Made by a program: the position numbers and the translations under genes | In this document: in pieces, positions 63,261 to 64,000 of the stretch | Numbering within the stretch: position 1 is the first letter of the stretch | Layout: the number at the start of each line of letters is the position of its first letter | Notes under the pieces: model-generated | What the model saw: only the letters and a program-made list of their open reading frames with translations | What the model was told of the DNA's origin: nothing | Databases searched by the model: none | NCBI GenBank assembly: GCA_050575255.1 | Contig: JBNZDD010013687.1 | Coordinates: 78,555 to 142,554 of the forward strand | Length of the DNA stretch: 64,000 bases | DNA from: Harriotta raleighana | Taxonomy: Eukaryota | Reading direction: 5' to 3'

Positions 63261-63769
63261 CTCTCCTTGACAAATGTGAGCATTGATTTTTTTTGGTCAC
63301 CTTCAACACAGTGAAAACCCCTGAGACTATGCTTTAAGAGTATACAAACTGGACTGAGGTAACTCTTAAACATGACGTATGAGTTTCCTCATGTGTCAAG
63401 AATCCCAGCTGACCAAAAAATATCTACTGTAATTTCTTTAGTTATGAGGCATCTTGCTCTTCTGTGGGCAAGTGTCTACAAACAGGTCACCCAAGCACTG
63501 GGGAGCTCCATGGTACTTATTTTGATAGAGACATGCGGAGTGTGAGAAAATGGCGAGACAGAAAATAATGCAGCAATAAACACACTGACGTTAAGCTTAA
63601 AATGTATGTATGGAAAGTATTCTTACGCAGAAGGAACTAAACGCTGAGGATAAGGGGAGAGGAGTAGAGAACAAAATATTTGTTTTCCCCTGTGATGGTT
63701 TCCCTGGACATTCACACTTTGAATTGGAGTATCTTTACAGTTTAATCTTGGGGAGTGTTCATACTGTGT

Positions 63770-64000
63770 ATTTGTGTGCATTAACAGGACAGCCACCAAA
63801 GAAATGGAGGAAGTGTCTGATTCACTACCCCAGAAGGCTGTAGATGCTCAGTCCTTGAACATTTTCAAGGCTGAGACTGATAGATTTTTGAAAAATAGAG
63901 GGATTAGGGGATATGGGGCTAGGGCAGATAATTAGAGTTAAGGCAGAAGATCAGCCATGATCTTATTGAATGGCGGGGCAGGCTCAAAGGGCCGAATGGC
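63770..64000 (+). mobile_element. CR1 LINE 3' end, running off the window
   Basis: It is the reverse-complement homologue of 4410-4620 (ttgaacattttcaaggctgagactgatagattt...gaagatcagccatgatcttattgaatggcggggcaggctc). Confidence 0.9.

Noticed and set aside
54637-64000. Next constitutive exon (VQSRCSSKENILRAS) and E-domain exons
   Set aside because: Not found by eye. The gene presumably continues past the window end.

Overview
This is eukaryotic (vertebrate) genomic DNA, AT-rich and mostly intronic. The repeat content (CR1-type and L2-type LINE fragments, Deu-domain-like tRNA SINEs) suggests a cartilaginous fish, but that is an inference. The window lies inside a + strand gephyrin gene (GPHN). 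I read six constitutive coding exons with canonical GT-AG boundaries and consistent phases: 14496-14553, 26895-26987, 33342-33436, 35402-35468, 36087-36359 and 38834-38968. They encode most of the MogA-like G domain and the central C domain. Three known-type alternative cassettes are also present: C3 (36507-36614), C4a (50695-50751) and C4c (54595-54636). I did not find the first two coding exons or the E-domain exons, so the gene probably extends beyond both ends. Almost all ORFs in the supplied track are chance ORFs or repeat fragments. A 2850-bp near-perfect tandem duplication joined by a single N (20238-25938) is most likely an assembly artefact. The best candidates for something new are unrecognised cassette-like exons in the gephyrin splice hot spots. 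One 73-nt candidate carries a stop in the upstream frame and an ATG in the downstream frame, which could split gephyrin into G/C-only and E-only products. None of these can be confirmed without transcript data. I see no evidence for a separate novel multi-gene system.
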